Shown here: positions 29,699 to 43,512 of the stretch, in pieces
How the letters are laid out: the number at the start of each line of letters is the position of its first letter
How positions within the stretch are numbered: position 1 is the first letter of the stretch
NCBI RefSeq assembly: GCF_009914755.1
Contig: NC_060930.1
Reading direction: 5' to 3' (one strand)
Origin: the human T2T-CHM13v2.0 reference genome, Homo sapiens
DNA: 64,000 nucleotides
Made by a program: the position numbers and the translations under genes
Notes under the pieces: model-generated
Seen by the model: the letters and a program-made list of their open reading frames with translations, nothing else
Databases searched by the model: none
What the model was told of the DNA's origin: nothing

Positions 29699-30368
29699 AT
29701 GTCTTCCCTTCTTAATGTAAATATTCAACTCTACTTTTCCATTATATTTGTTTAATTAATTCCATGAATTATTATTTTCTTTTCCTGTACTGTCATTTTT
29801 CATGTAGATAATTTGCTTTTACTGGCTGGAAATTTGTACAACTTTATTTTATTCCAGGGCTTCACAAATTTCCCTGGATATGCCTAAGTGTGTGTTCTTT
29901 CCTCATTAACCCTGCCTATTTCTCTGCAATTTCTTTTAGTCTGTAGACTTGGGTCTTTAGCTCCCAGAAATTTTCTTATATTATCAGTTTTATAATTTAT
30001 TTCTTTCTATTTCTATTACATGTTATGTCTACTAAATCTGTCCCCAAGTCTTCTTCTCTGTCCTCTCATGATTTCTATCCTGATTTCACATGAGTGTCCT
30101 TTGAGCTATTTCTTCCATAGTCTTTCAGGCCATTTTTTTTTTAACCTCTGGGATGACAATCCTCACCTTCAATTCATGTGCTAAGTTGTTTCATAGGGAA
30201 ACTATGGCTTGTTTTAGCACCAGAAAATATGTGTGTGTGTGCATGTGTATATCACCTGCATCTTCTTGAACACTTTTCCCTTATGTTTCTCTTACAGCAG
30301 TTCTCTTTCACCAGGAATGTTGTATTTGTCCAGAGTGATCTTTGTCTCTCTGGGCTGTGGGCCCTTAG

Positions 30369-30673
<305 letters not shown>

Positions 30674-31640
30674 CTTAGCAGGGTTTTTACAGCATTAACA
30701 TGTTCTGGGGTAGCTAATGAAGCACCTAAGCTCCTGGCAGTGTGGTGAGTGATGGATGGTGGCACTCCACCACACAGGCTGGCAATGCAATGGCAGGCAA
30801 GTTGCTAGTCTCTAGCTACCAGAAGAAGCCTCCAGGTTCCCAAACTTTTCCTCTAGCCTCAGGAATCACAGGACTTAGCATAACTACTCAGCAAATTTCT
30901 TGGCTTTTTTAGGGGTAGGGAGCCAGTGACTTTAATATGTGTCTTACACTACCTTCTTTCCATGGTAAGTGGATCCCTGAGGGGCAAGCTTTTTCCAAAT
31001 CTTGTTTTCTGATCCTCTTCCTGGGTAATCTGATGTGGGTCTCAGGCTCTTGCCCAGACCCAGGGGAAGCCCTCACCTCAGTTTCTCCCCTGGGTACCCC
31101 CAGAACCCAAGGCCATGTTAACACCTAGCCCTGCATTGGTTTAAACTGCTGTTTGGCTCAAAATAGACATGTATCCTGGAGTTGTTAGTAGAAAGGTGGG
31201 TAGCAGCAATCATTTCCTAGAATCTTATCTTAGTTTACAAGACATTAATTTTAGCAGAGTAAAACAGGGAAATGTTTTTGTTCAAATGTCTTCCTTTTTT
31301 ACCCTGTGGCTTAGTGATTTTATCCCACTTTTGTATAAACTGCTTTGCAATATATGCTAATGATGTTTTATTTTCTTGAACTATCAGTGGCCTCAGAGAA
31401 AACTGGTCTGACAGCCTATTATTGCCAATGGTAATGCTTTAATTACTTTAAACAAAAATAATCATTTTTGGTAGTTGGCCTCCAGCACTTGATTGATTTA
31501 TATCAGATAACTTTAAATCACTGATCATTGTGTTTTATTACCTGGGAAAACAGTTTGCACACAGTTTATCTTGGAAGATTCTTCACAAAGTTAAATTGCT
31601 TAAAAATAGACATGGCACTTATACCAGACAGTCAGAATGA

Positions 31641-31693
31641 CAGATAGATAGGATATAGATATAGATATAGATATAGATATAGATATAGATATA
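31641..31693. repeat. (GATA)n/(TAGATA)n microsatellite
   Basis: Directly visible tandem repeat. Confidence 0.9.
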
Positions 31694-31694
31694 T

Positions 31695-31780
31695 TGGGGT
31701 TGCCAGATTTAGCAAAAACAATAACTAGGGCATTCAGTTACATTTGAATTTTAAATAAACAATGAATAATTTTTTTAACT
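31695..31780. mobile_element. MER53-like hAT MITE fragment
   Basis: ggggttgccagatttagcaaaa...atttgaattttaaataaacaatgaataatttt. Confidence 0.55.
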
Positions 31781-31899
31781 ACAGTTACACTTTGTGTTAT
31801 CTTATAGCCCAGCATGGAGGAAAACAATGAGGAAAATTAATGGATATTTTAGATTCCATTTTCTTTATTAAAAATCAATTTTATTTCTGGTATATACCA

Positions 31900-33400
31900 A
31901 GAGCCTATCAATTCATTTATTGAAAGGTAATTTTAAGCTATACTATCCTAGAGGCAATATAGTTTTGTGAGCTTTGACAAGCAGAATATGTAACCACCCC
32001 CACAGCAATCAAGATACAGAAGAGTTCTACCACTCCAAAATATTTCTTCCTGCAGCCCCTTTGTGATGAGCCCCTCTCTTTAATTCCACCCCAGGCAAGA
32101 ACTGACCTAATTTTTGTCACTCTGCATTAGTTTGCATTTTCTAGAGTTTTATATAAATAGACTTATATAGTATGTACTCTTTGTCTGACTTCTTTCACTC
32201 AGCATAATTACTTTGAAATTCATCAGTTGTTGCATATATCAATAAATAGCTCATCTCATTTTGTTGCAGATAGTTTTCCATTGTATGGATATGCACAATT
32301 TGTTTATTCACTCATCTCTTGATGGACATTTGAGTTGTTTGCAGTTTGGGGCTCTTACAAATAAAGCTGCTATGAACCTTAATGTACAAGTGATATATGA
32401 TTTCATTTCTTTTGGAAAAGATACCCAGGTATAGAATGACTGGATCATATGGCAATCGTATGCTTAACTTTAAATGAAACTACACAACAATTTCCAAAGT
32501 ATGCTATTTTATATTCCTACCAGCAGTTGTTCCACATCCTCACTAATATCTGGTATTGTCAGACTTTTAAATACTAACCATTCTGATAGGTTCATAATGA
32601 TGTCATATTGTGGTTTTAATTTGCATTTCCCTAATGACTAATGGTGTTGGGCATTTTTTCATGAGCCTATTTACCACCTTCTTTGGTGAAGAATATGTTC
32701 AAATCTTTTGCTTGCCTTTCTCCCGGCATCCCCCCAACCCTCAACACACCAGCCTTTTGACTTACCCATTTTCTCATTATTGGGTTTCAAGATTTCTTTA
32801 TACTTTCTGGATATAAGTGCTTTAACTAGATATATCATTTGCAAATATTTTTCTCTCAGTCTGTGCCTTGTTTCTTTATTCTCTTAACAGTGTTTTTTGA
32901 AGAGCAGAAGTTTTAAATTTTCATGAAGTCCGGTTTATCAATTTGTGGCTTCATGGATCATGCTTTTGATCATTTAAGTCTATATTTCAAGTCAATTTTT
33001 GTATATGATGTGAGATGTAGATCAGTGTTCATTTTTTGCATATGTATTTCAATTCTTTCATTACATTTACTGAAAAGACTATCCTTTCTCCACTCAATTC
33101 CTTTACACCTTTGTTGAAAAACAGTTGTCTATAAATGTATGAGTCTATTTCTGGATTCCCTGTTATGTTTCAGTCATCTATTTAATGCTAATACTATATT
33201 GTCTGAGTCACTGTATCTTAATAAGACTTGAAATTAGGTATTAGTTGTTCTCCAATATTTTTTAGTTTGTCTTGGCTTTTACGTGTCCTTGGCATTTTCA
33301 TTTGAATTTTATAATCAGCTTGTCAACGTCAATAAAAAGCTTGATAAGGTGTTAATTAGGATTGCATTAAATCTATAGATCAATTTATGGATTATTAATT
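31900..33400 (-). mobile_element. L1MA/MB 3' portion
   Basis: Reverse L1 3' motifs: gtaaccacc...aatcaagatacag, ttctttcactcagcataat, gtggttttaatttgcatttccctaatgactaat, attgcattaaatctatagatcaattt. Confidence 0.8.
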
Positions 33401-34684
33401 GTTGATGATGACTATTGCAGTTGTTTCTGTCTAATAGATACTCAATGGCTCTACAAAACATGAGAATCACGACTATAGCTGATTGCTACTTGTTAAGTGC
33501 ATATCTATATACCTGATACTACCAAAGAAATGTAATCATATACTGTTTTGCCCTTTCCAGTCAAAATAGTACGCTATTGAATATGAAAAGAAATCCCCAC
33601 CTAAGAAAATCATCCTACCTCCACAAAGATGTATTACAAATTTGTATTTTAAAGTTAACCTGGAGGAAGATTGACACTTGTTGACATATAGAGGGCTAGT
33701 AATTTCCAAATGAGAACACCACCACAAAATATACAGAGTTGGGAGAGGGAAACACTGACAAATGGAACAGGAAGAAATCTGATGTGATCAAGTGTGGACA
33801 TAAGACCTAACCTAGGGAGGTATTAGGTAGCTGTGAAATGATTCATAGTTTGCAACTTGGGTGACATATATTTTTCTATGACAAGAACTTGGAGTGAATT
33901 CTCCCTCTCCTCAAGACTGAGATGTCACACCTTATGAGACCCCATATACGAGCTATTGACCTCAACGATTGGACTTCAAAATACATATAAGCCCAAGAGT
34001 TTGACAGACACTTGAAGAGTTCAGTCTACTACAGGGCTATACTCTTGTTAGCCACTTGTCTGAAGACTGAGAGCTCAGTCTATGACAGGGCCACACCTGT
34101 TAGCCTTTGAGCTAATCTCTGAAACCTCACCATCCAACACCAGCACTGTCCTCTAGCATGGAGGGAACTTATGTGTCTTCACCAACCTTGGTGGTCTTCC
34201 TCCATCTAGTTGGTGAAGCCAGCCTCTCTCAAGAACCACTTGCATAAAGGTACACCTCAAACTTCCATTAGACTTTACTTTCCACAGAGGTCTGCCTCCA
34301 TCATAATCGATCAACTAAACTTTAACAATTTTGGAACTCACTCACTATGTGGTTAATGTACCACGTTTATCAAGCATATTTCCTCGACATTTGTTCTTGC
34401 TATTCTCTCCCTCTTTAAGCATTGCCAACCTAAGAAAAAAATTATCTTGGTGTGGCAATAAATCATGTGATTCATGAAATCATACTTTCATCATCTCCTA
34501 ATTTTACTCACAGAAAATAGGAGGACTTTTTAAAGGCTCAGGACTTTGACAGTGACACAAAAATAGAAAGAAGAAAAAGTCAAGTGGTTACTAGTACAGA
34601 CAGGCATCTACATCAGAAGGGAGAAGTATGGTATGGTTGTACTTTATGTGTAAGTTTTAAAGGATCTGCCTGAGATGGATCACT

Positions 34685-35140
34685 GTCTCACAGTACTGGT
34701 TTCCTCCTCCTTCCATGATAATAAAATTTTAGCGAGGCACAGGGTGCCTTAGACAATAACTACATTCCCCAGACTCTTTCATATGTAGGTGTGGTTATTT
34801 CATTACATTATTGTTAATGAGATATGAGTGAAAATAATGTGTGCAATGTGGTAGCAAGCCATCTTGTACATGGGATGAGAACATCACTCTAGGGCAGTGG
34901 AAGAAGATTAAAAAGAACTTGAGTCCTAACCACTTGGAACTCATAATACTGGCTGTGAAATGCTTAATCTCAGACTATTATGTGAGGAGAAATACATTTT
35001 TTAATAGGACAAAGGCATGCAAATTTATTAATGTGCAAGCACGTGGGAGTCACAGAAAGTATGAAACTCCAAGAAATACATTTCTAATGTGTTTGAGCCA
35101 CTGCTAATTTGACTCTCTATTATAGCTGCTGCCAAACTCA
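34685..35140. mobile_element. Old MaLR (MLT1-type) LTR relic carrying a 72-bp insert
   Basis: actacattcccagactc..gtaggtgtgg, tgagaagaaata-type motif, tttgagccactg. Confidence 0.45.
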
Positions 35141-38100
35141 TATAAGGGAGGATAACTGCTCACTGGGAGGTTGTATAAAAGGGTTCTGTTTAAAGTTTTC
35201 TATATTTTAAAGCTGAAATATTGGTAATATGAGCTAATATCCCCCCATAGAATCACAAACATAAAAATTAATATAGTGCATACCTCTGAGAGTCAAAGGA
35301 TTAACATTCTCATTTTATTGAGAGGGGATATGTCTCCAAAGAGATGTTATAAAATTGATAAAATGTAGATTTTATTTTTTTTAGTCACACAGAGTTGGCT
35401 TTGAATAGCTGCCCTACCACTTAGTAATTGTTTAACATCAAGTCATCTTATTTTCCTTAACTTTGCTTTTCTATCTATAAAACACCATCCTCATGACCTT
35501 ATTGTGAAGTTTAAATTAGATAATATCTAAAGTTCCAGGTTCTAGATACGACTTTAATTATAACCCTCTCCCCTCCCATCCTAGTCAAGATACAGAGACC
35601 ATCCACTTTGTTGTAATTAATTGAGCAAGTTTGCTGTGCATTGGACATAGCTGTGGTAAAGCTGCCTCTTAATGATGATACACAGCCCATCATCAGTATA
35701 TTTGGATAAGATCTAGCTGTCTAGATGCTAGCTACATCCAAATGAGCATTGCCTTGGTGCTAACAGTGGAATGAGTATAGAGGTCTTTTAATTCTAAGTT
35801 TTATGCTTTACTGTCTTTATCAGTGGTCCCAAACCTGTGTTACAGATCAGGCAGGAAATACAAATGAGGCCAGCTTGGTGAAGTGCATGTGCGCACACTG
35901 CAAGCAATGGAGGAATCTACTGCTACTTAGCACCTGAGGATTGGAAATGAGCTTTCCTGTTGCTAATTCCTGTAAATTTGCAAGGGAACCGCATGTCTGA
36001 ATTTTTATGTGGAGTCTCCTGATTTTCAAATGTTTATGCATTTTTTTTAAAAACAGTGCTCAGGTTGAATAAATATGTCTGACCACCAGCTTATTGCTTC
36101 AGCTCTACCTACTGCTCACTTTGACCAGGACTGATTCTTCTCCGCTGCAGCAGGTGCATCTTGAGAAATAACATTCATAATAAATGTGCTTAACATCAGC
36201 GTTATTCATTTATCAACGTAGACCTATGTGCTTTGAACTGGTGCTTCTTCCAAATAAGACAGTAAGATTTTAAGTTAAAAATTCAATTATAATAAACTAA
36301 ACACAGCAAACATACTTCAGTGCTACACTAGTTTAAAGGCTACCTGGAGCTAATTCTGTGTGTGTGCTTTTTTTCCCATTCACTCTGGGGAAGATGATGT
36401 AATAAATATTTCTATGTTTATTTGGAGTGTGAAGCCAAATACTCAAATGCTGAGTGCATTTTGAAAAATCAAAATCAGCAATTCAATTATTTTTCTTTAT
36501 TAGAACAGCCAGGAGTGAGCTTGTTAAGATGGATCTGCTTTGTCGTAGCTTGCTCTGCTGGCAATGTCTAAACGAATTAAATGAATCACGAGTCAAAGAA
36601 ATCTCACAGGCGGCTTTAATCTCCTGTCAGAAAGAATAGCTAACTGAGTCAAACATCAGTAATTTTTTTTTCTTGGCTCATCTTAGAGGGCTTGTGTTCT
36701 TAGCTACATATGTGTGGACTTGCATTTTAATCTTAAAATTACACTTCTACTATATTCTTAAGATGGGGAATTTGGGTATCTTCCATGTTAGTGATTTGCT
36801 GGTTCTCAAAGGTTACCCACATAAAAATACCATCTCTTTTCTGAAACTTATAAAAGACAATTTCTTTATCACTCAGTTCTACAAGAACCCAGCCACAGTT
36901 ATATTTTCAGTTTTGGTAAGCCCAGCAAGTTCCCAAATTTCCATTCTGAGATTTTTCTTTTCTAGTATACATAATAGAAAAGTATATATGTCACAACATG
37001 AGTCTCTGTCAAGACCAAATGTGGGTGGAATGTGGTTTTCCTGAGTTTCATGTAAAATTCTCTGAAATATCCTGTGACTGAGAAATTTATGTCAGAGAGT
37101 AATCCAGAAATGAGGTCAGCCTTTTCTCTGCTGGGGAGGGCCATTGAGCTATTGAGAATCTGTGTTATTACCATTCCATTCAGTTCCTCTTTTAAGAACT
37201 AACTTAATAAGCTCCACTGGGCAAGTCTATTAACATCCCCTTCTACCACGACGGGTCTTTCCAAAGTGGAAAAATAAATGTAGTCAGTAGGTGTCACATG
37301 TTTATTTGGTTGAAGGCTATCATGTTGAAGAAACAATTCAGGAGTCTATGATGATACAAAGTGCTACAAAGGAAAGCTAAAGCATTCAGTTTCATTTTAA
37401 AGACATCTTTGCTCTTAGAATTTAGCATCATGGGCTGGTGGCTTATTAATTACACACAAAAAATACAACTATACATAGAGCAATAGCCATGTGCAAATAT
37501 AAGGGTTCAGACACTTAAAATTTCTGGAAAGTATGATTGCCCAGTAAGTACGAACCACTTGCTCACATAAAACTATTGCAGGGCAATAACACTGTGGCTT
37601 GAAGCAAGAAATTAAAACTATCCCACCAAATGACTAGCTTAAACGACCTCTATAAGAATAAATAAACCAGGGTAATGAATGTGATGTCTATGTAAATACC
37701 GACCCAAATCCCTTACATTTACAGACTGTTTGTCATGTATAGCCATATCGGCACTAGCAAGCAGGAAAAGTCACTATCGGCAAACCAGAAATTGTGAGGT
37801 GCACCCAAAGAAAGAAAAAATCAATGGGCTTGGATTGACAAGAGTTGAGGAAACCCAAAATACATTATGTACATGAGGAAACCACTGAGACAATAAGACA
37901 AAATCCACTGAAATTCTAAAAATAAAGTGAAGAAATACCAGGAACTGAGCAGAGCACTGGGCAATAAAAATATAATTAATAATTTAATTAGGATAGGAGC
38001 CCCAGCAACTGAATTGCAAAAGCATCACTAACCTAAAGCTAAAATCCTCAAGATACAGGCCAAAGAAAACTTATACACCAGCTAGGATAGAATTCTAAGG

Positions 38101-38199
38101 AGGGTACAGCTGTCTGAGAGAGAAATGCAGTCAAACTAAAGGAATAAAAAAGCCCTGTCCAGGAGGGAGGATAGCCACCGTCGCAGAAAATTCCTTCTT

Positions 38200-38498
38200 T
38201 TTTTTTTTTTTTTTTTTGAGATGGAGTCTCGCTCTATCTCCCAGGCTTGAGTGTAGTGGTGCGAACTTGGCTTACTGCAACTTCCGCCCCCCAGGTTCAA
38301 GCAATTCTCCTACCTCAGCCTCCTGAGTAGGTGGGATTACAGGTGCACGCCACCACACCCAGCTAATTTTTGAATTTCTAGTAGAGACAGGGTTTTGCCA
38401 TGTTGGCCAGGCTGGTCTTGAACTCCTGACCTCAGTGATCCTCCCACCTTCATCTCCCAAAGTGCTGGGATTACAGGCGTGAGCCACTGTGCCAGGCC
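38200..38498 (-). mobile_element. Alu (S-type)
   Basis: TSD agaaaat(t/c)ccttctt at 38185-38199 and 38499-38513. Confidence 0.95.
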
Positions 38499-39208
38499 AG
38501 AAAATCCCTTCTTATTTTAGCAACTGGGAACTCCAGCTAGCCTGCCTGCTCCATGCCCAGGTGCCCTGAAGTGAAGCCTTCTAATAAATAGGTTGCACCC
38601 AGTTACATAAGCCCTGCAGTCTACTCTGCCATTCATGGGAGAGAAAACCCATACCAATTGATTACTAGGTAACCAATTAAGCTTCTCACTCATAGATAAG
38701 AATGAACAACAAAAGATCATCAAATATTTGAAGAAAAGCAACTAAATGAAAGGAGGACCAATAGGAACAAGTACACAAACTACAGAAGCAGTAGAGAAAA
38801 TGGAAGGACTGAGAACTTAAAAAATATTCTCATGGGGATATTGTAAAGAAAAGTCAATAAAAGGTTGTTAGGAAAAAGAACAATTAGAGAGCATAAAAGA
38901 CTTTTAGAAGTTAAAAATGTAATTGCCCTTGAGGATGTAACCAATAAAATTAGGGGCAAACTGACCAAGAAGAAGACAGCATGCAATTCAGCAAACAGAA
39001 GCCTCGGCCCAGGAGGGCAGTGAAGAGAGATATTTGGAAAACAACTGCAGAACAGGCCTGAAGAGCAACCAATGCAGAGAGGAACAGAGGATGGATAGAT
39101 AGATTTCCAGGAGAGACATCTTCAGGAAAATGACAGGGAACTCGAGAATAGGTGGTATGATGAAAAAAGTATATAAAAAAGAGCATCATGTAATAAGGAG
39201 ATAAGATG

Positions 39209-39524
39209 TGTTTTAGACTGAATGTTTGCTAAATTCTAACTCCCAGTGTAAGGTATTCGTGGGAGGGGCTAGCTCATGAGAGCAGAGCCCTCAAGATTGG
39301 GATTAGTGCCCTTATAAAAGAGGCTCAGAGAGCAACCTTTTCCTTCTGCTGTGGACACAGCAAGACTATAGCTGTCTGTGAACCAAGAGGCCTTGCCAGA
39401 TACTGAATTTGCTGATAACTTGATCTTGGACTTCCTAGCCTCCAGAACTGTGAGAAATCATTTTCTGTTGTTTATAAGCCACCCACTTCATATTTTATTA
39501 TAGTAGTTGAAACAGACTAAAACA
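39209..39524 (+). mobile_element. MLT1A-type solo LTR
   Basis: tg..agactgaatgtttg; gggattagtgcccttataaaagagg; ttggacttcctagcctccagaactgtgagaaat; ends gactaaaaca. Confidence 0.8.
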
Positions 39525-40305
39525 GAAGCAAAAAGAGAGAAGAAAGAAAGGTGAATAAGAAAGCCATGATCTGAATATTAAAAAGAAAATAAGGCACAAT
39601 TTTAAACAATTAGTGTAGTATAAGACAATAATCCCTTTGTCTTTGGTTTTAGGATCACTATTATAATTGATTATTAATATTCCTTCTTACAAACTGTGGA
39701 ATTAAAAAAATACTCTATTGAAGTGGCGATATAAGAAATCTCTGTACCTTATGCTCAGTTTTGCTTTTGCTGAGAACCTAAAACAGCTCCAAAAAGTAAA
39801 ATCTATTTTTAAAAATCCTGCCAAAGTTGATTGGATTAAGATAACTATTAGTAGAGCTAAAGCTATGTTACAGATATCAAATTTGGGGAAGAGAGGCAAG
39901 AACATAGTAACATAGAGGAAGGTAACATAATTCAACTAAATCACTATCTTTCATATCAGGGAGATAAGGAATAGAGGTATAAACATATTACTTGGCATTA
40001 TGACCAGAAAAAAATTTTTTAAAAAGGCACAAAGAGCAGTTAGGGCCTGTAGGTAGGAACTGAGTGATAAGATGGGAGGGTGTCGCTTTTCCTTTACTAT
40101 TTGATTTGTTATTGTGTCCATGTACTACTGCCATTAACAAAAAGAAAAAGCTTCAGGAGTAAGTGTAATAAGGAGATGTAAATGTGAGAAATGGATTAAG
40201 AGATATGACCTAATAGAATTTCCAGAAAGATGCAATAAGGAAAATTGAAGGGAGGCCCTCCACTAGACGGCTTTAAAATAGTTCTTACAACACAAAACAC
40301 TAGAG

Positions 40306-41109
40306 CAGGGGCAGGAAACAATAGTCGTGTTATGGGTTGAATGTTTGTGTCCCCTCCAAATTCATATGTTGAAACCCTAATCCCCATTGTGATGGTATTT
40401 GGAGGTACTTTTGAGAGGTGATTAGGGTTAGATGAGATCATGAGGGTGGAGCATCATGATGGCGTTAATGCCCCTGTAAAAAGAGGAGGAGACACAAGAT
40501 CTCTCTCTGTGCATGCACCAAGAAAATGACTCTAGTTAACTTTATCGATAACCCCCGCCCCCCCCCACCCCCACAAACTAGTGTTTTGAAAAGATCGTGA
40601 AAAAAAACTACAAAAGTAAGCAAGGCTGTAAAATTTAAAGAGAGAGGAGACAAATCAACCACATTAGGAATGAGAAAAAACCAAAGTTATACAGCTAAAG
40701 GAACTGTTAAAAATGTGATACTGCTCTGCATATTATTGTGCTAATTATGCTGTGCAAGAGCGTAACCAAGAAGAGGACCTTCACCAAGAACTTGACTGTG
40801 CTGGCACCCTGATTTCGGACTTCCAGCCTCCAGAACTGTGAGAGAGAGAGACATGTTTGTTGTTTAAGCCACCTAGTCTATGGTACTGTTATGGTAGCCA
40901 GGACCCACTGAAACAAGCCCTTAGGCCAAATGCCTAATTTTTTTTTTTATTGAAGTTTTACTGGAGCACAGCCATGTTCATTCATTTGTGTATTGTCTAT
41001 GGCTGCTTTCGTGTTCTAACCAAGTTGAGTAGTTGTGACAGAGACTGTATGATCCACAAAAGTATTTACTATCAGGCCCTTTACAGAAAATGTTTACCAA
41101 TGATACTTG
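40306..41109. mobile_element. MER58A-like MITE split by an MLT1A LTR
   Basis: The left end cagggg..aaac continues after the LTR as ggccaaat..gttttactggagcacagccatg..gttgagtagttgtgacagagac..ccctttacagaaaa. 8-bp TSD cac(t/c)agag at 40298-40305 and 41110-41117. Confidence 0.7.
40328..40915 (+). mobile_element. MLT1A-type solo LTR containing an ectopic insert
   Basis: tgttatgggttgaatgtttgtgtcccctccaaattcatatgttgaa... ctggcaccctgatttcggacttccagcctccagaactgtgaga...aaaca. Confidence 0.85.
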
Positions 41110-43058
41110 CACCAGAGAAATGTAAATGAAGTGAAAAAATGCTATCTGCATGACAAAAGAGAAGAAAACAAATTAGAACAATAAAAAGAATACTATGTAG
41201 AAAATATAAAATAGATGGTACAAATAAGCCCAAACATATTAATAATAATATGTATGAGTTAAATTCTTTCAGGCTTAATTTAGAAAAAAAAATCCTGTGA
41301 TATTGTTTATAAGAAGTTTATCCAGAACAATGTGCCAAAGATACTTGCAAAATAGTGAAAACTGTACCAGTGAAATGTGATCTCTAAAAACGATGCAGTA
41401 AAATTCAACTTAATAATGAAAGAATATATTTTTAAAAATTTCTTGGACATTTAAAAATCTCTCTCTAAAAAGCTGTTGAGATTAAGAGGAAATAAAATGC
41501 CAACTATTGGAAAATAAAGAAGGATGATAGTAGCAGGTATCACTGCTAATAGGGTGAATTTGAAATAGTTCCCAAAGGAAAAGGTGTACTCCTAGATATT
41601 TATCAGGCATCTATGAATTTTTAAACAATAATTAAGCCCCCAATTAGAAAAGAACAGAAAACCAAAAAAAAAATTAAACAAACAGGACCGAAGGAATTAA
41701 TAAAAAATATAAATCGTGATTATAAATTGTGTATAAAAACTTACTCTAGTTAATTTCATCAATAAAACCCAAACTAGTGTTTTGAAAAGATATTGAAAAA
41801 AAACTATAAAAGTAGGCAAGGCTGAAAAATTTAAAAAAGAGAAGATATCAACCACATTAAGACTTAAAAATGACCAAAATTATACAGCAAAAGGAACTGT
41901 TAAAAATGATACTGCTCTGTTTGTCATTGTGCCAATAACTTAATAAAATAGATAAAATTGATGATTTTTAAAAATCAGTCAATAAATTTTACATGTCTAA
42001 TTTTTAGAAAAATACATATTGCCAAAGTTGAATAGAGAAGAGTTAAATAAATCAACTCTGAGAAATGAAAAAGAAAACACAAGTATAAACAGATAACTTT
42101 AAGGTAGAAAAAAAAGAATGCAAGAAACAAAATAGCAAAAGCTTATGTATTGATATGGGTAAAAGACAAGAAATAAGCTCTCAGCATGAAACAGAGGAAA
42201 TGAAAATAAAAAGAAATAAAAACTACTTAGAAATAAAGGATGCAGTAAGAATAGAAACACTACAGAAAGAAATAACCATTTAAAAGATTAAAATGGAAGT
42301 GAACAATTTTTTTTTTTAATTGACAAAAATGTTTTCCTGTCTCAACACAAGCCAGATTTTCGTTAATATCTGTGACAAGCTAGAAGAATAGCAGATTCCA
42401 TATGTTTTTATTATATTTTGGTGTCAAAATTAATTGTTAAATAAGAGCTTCATTAAAGCTGTAACCATCTGAATGTGTAAATGAGCTTGATTACTTTGTA
42501 TCTTACCCTAGAGTTAACAGAATTTCAGATATATTTGTAAAACATAAATTTACTCTCATACACAAGCAAAACAAAACAGAAGCCTAAATAAATAGGCCAT
42601 AATAGAATAAATTAAATAGGCAGTCAAAGATCTAGTTTTAAAAGTCTCATGTCCAATGTGAAGAATTCTAGGAAACCTGTAAGGTTCAGACAATCCCTAT
42701 GATTATGAATTGCTTCAGATCATAGAAAAAGACAATTAAAATAATAAATAAATTTTTAAAAAGATATTTGCTAATGAAGTTAAGCAGACCAAAGTGTAGT
42801 AGCTAGAGAGTTTAATACAATGAGGAAATGTTATTTAAAATAAGGGCAGCCTAGAATAAGTTTACCTGGAGGGAGAGATGAGTGAGAATGAAGTGATTCA
42901 TAACACAACAGAAAAAAATAAATCATTGTGAAAAATTTTTGGAAGAGACAGAAGCAGGGGAGATCAAGAGCTCGTGTGGATGGGTTAGCATTAACAAGGG
43001 AGCGGAATATCTTTTGAGAGATTACAATGAGGTAAGAAAGAATTATGAAGATAGGGAT

Positions 43059-43414
43059 TGTGACGGTTAATTTTATGTGCTAATTTGGACAGAATATGGT
43101 GTCCAGTTGTTTAGTGGAACACCAGTCTAGATTTTACTGTGGATGCCTTTTTAAAGATGTGATTAACATTTAAATCAGTAGACACTGAGTAAAGCAGATT
43201 ACTCTCCATAAAGTAGGTAGGCCTCATCCAGTTGGTTGAAGGCCTTAAGAGCAACACTGAGGTCCCCTGAGAAAAAATGAATTCTGCCTCCAGACTGACT
43301 TTGGACTTGACGCTGCAATGTCAACTCTTCCCCTGGGTCTCTGGCCTGCTGGCCTGCCTTGCAAAATTTGGACTTTCCAGCCCTACAATTGTGTTAGCCA
43401 ATTTAAAAAAATAA

Positions 43415-43512
<98 letters not shown>

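Larger units (their letters stand above)
38600..42740 (+). mobile_element. Highly degraded old L1M/HAL1-type sequence hosting later insertions
   Basis: Strongly A-rich plus strand with L1 ORF1/ORF2-like remnants, for example atcaataaaacccaaactagtgttttgaaaaga and gatggtacaaataagcccaaacatattaataa. Confidence 0.5.

Noticed and set aside
33790-34510. Possible LTR-like segment (TG start, AATAAA near the end, CA end)
   Set aside because: No recognisable family or TSD; insufficient support.
35821-36095. Possible hAT DNA transposon relic
   Set aside because: Some motifs look familiar, but the termini and family could not be established.
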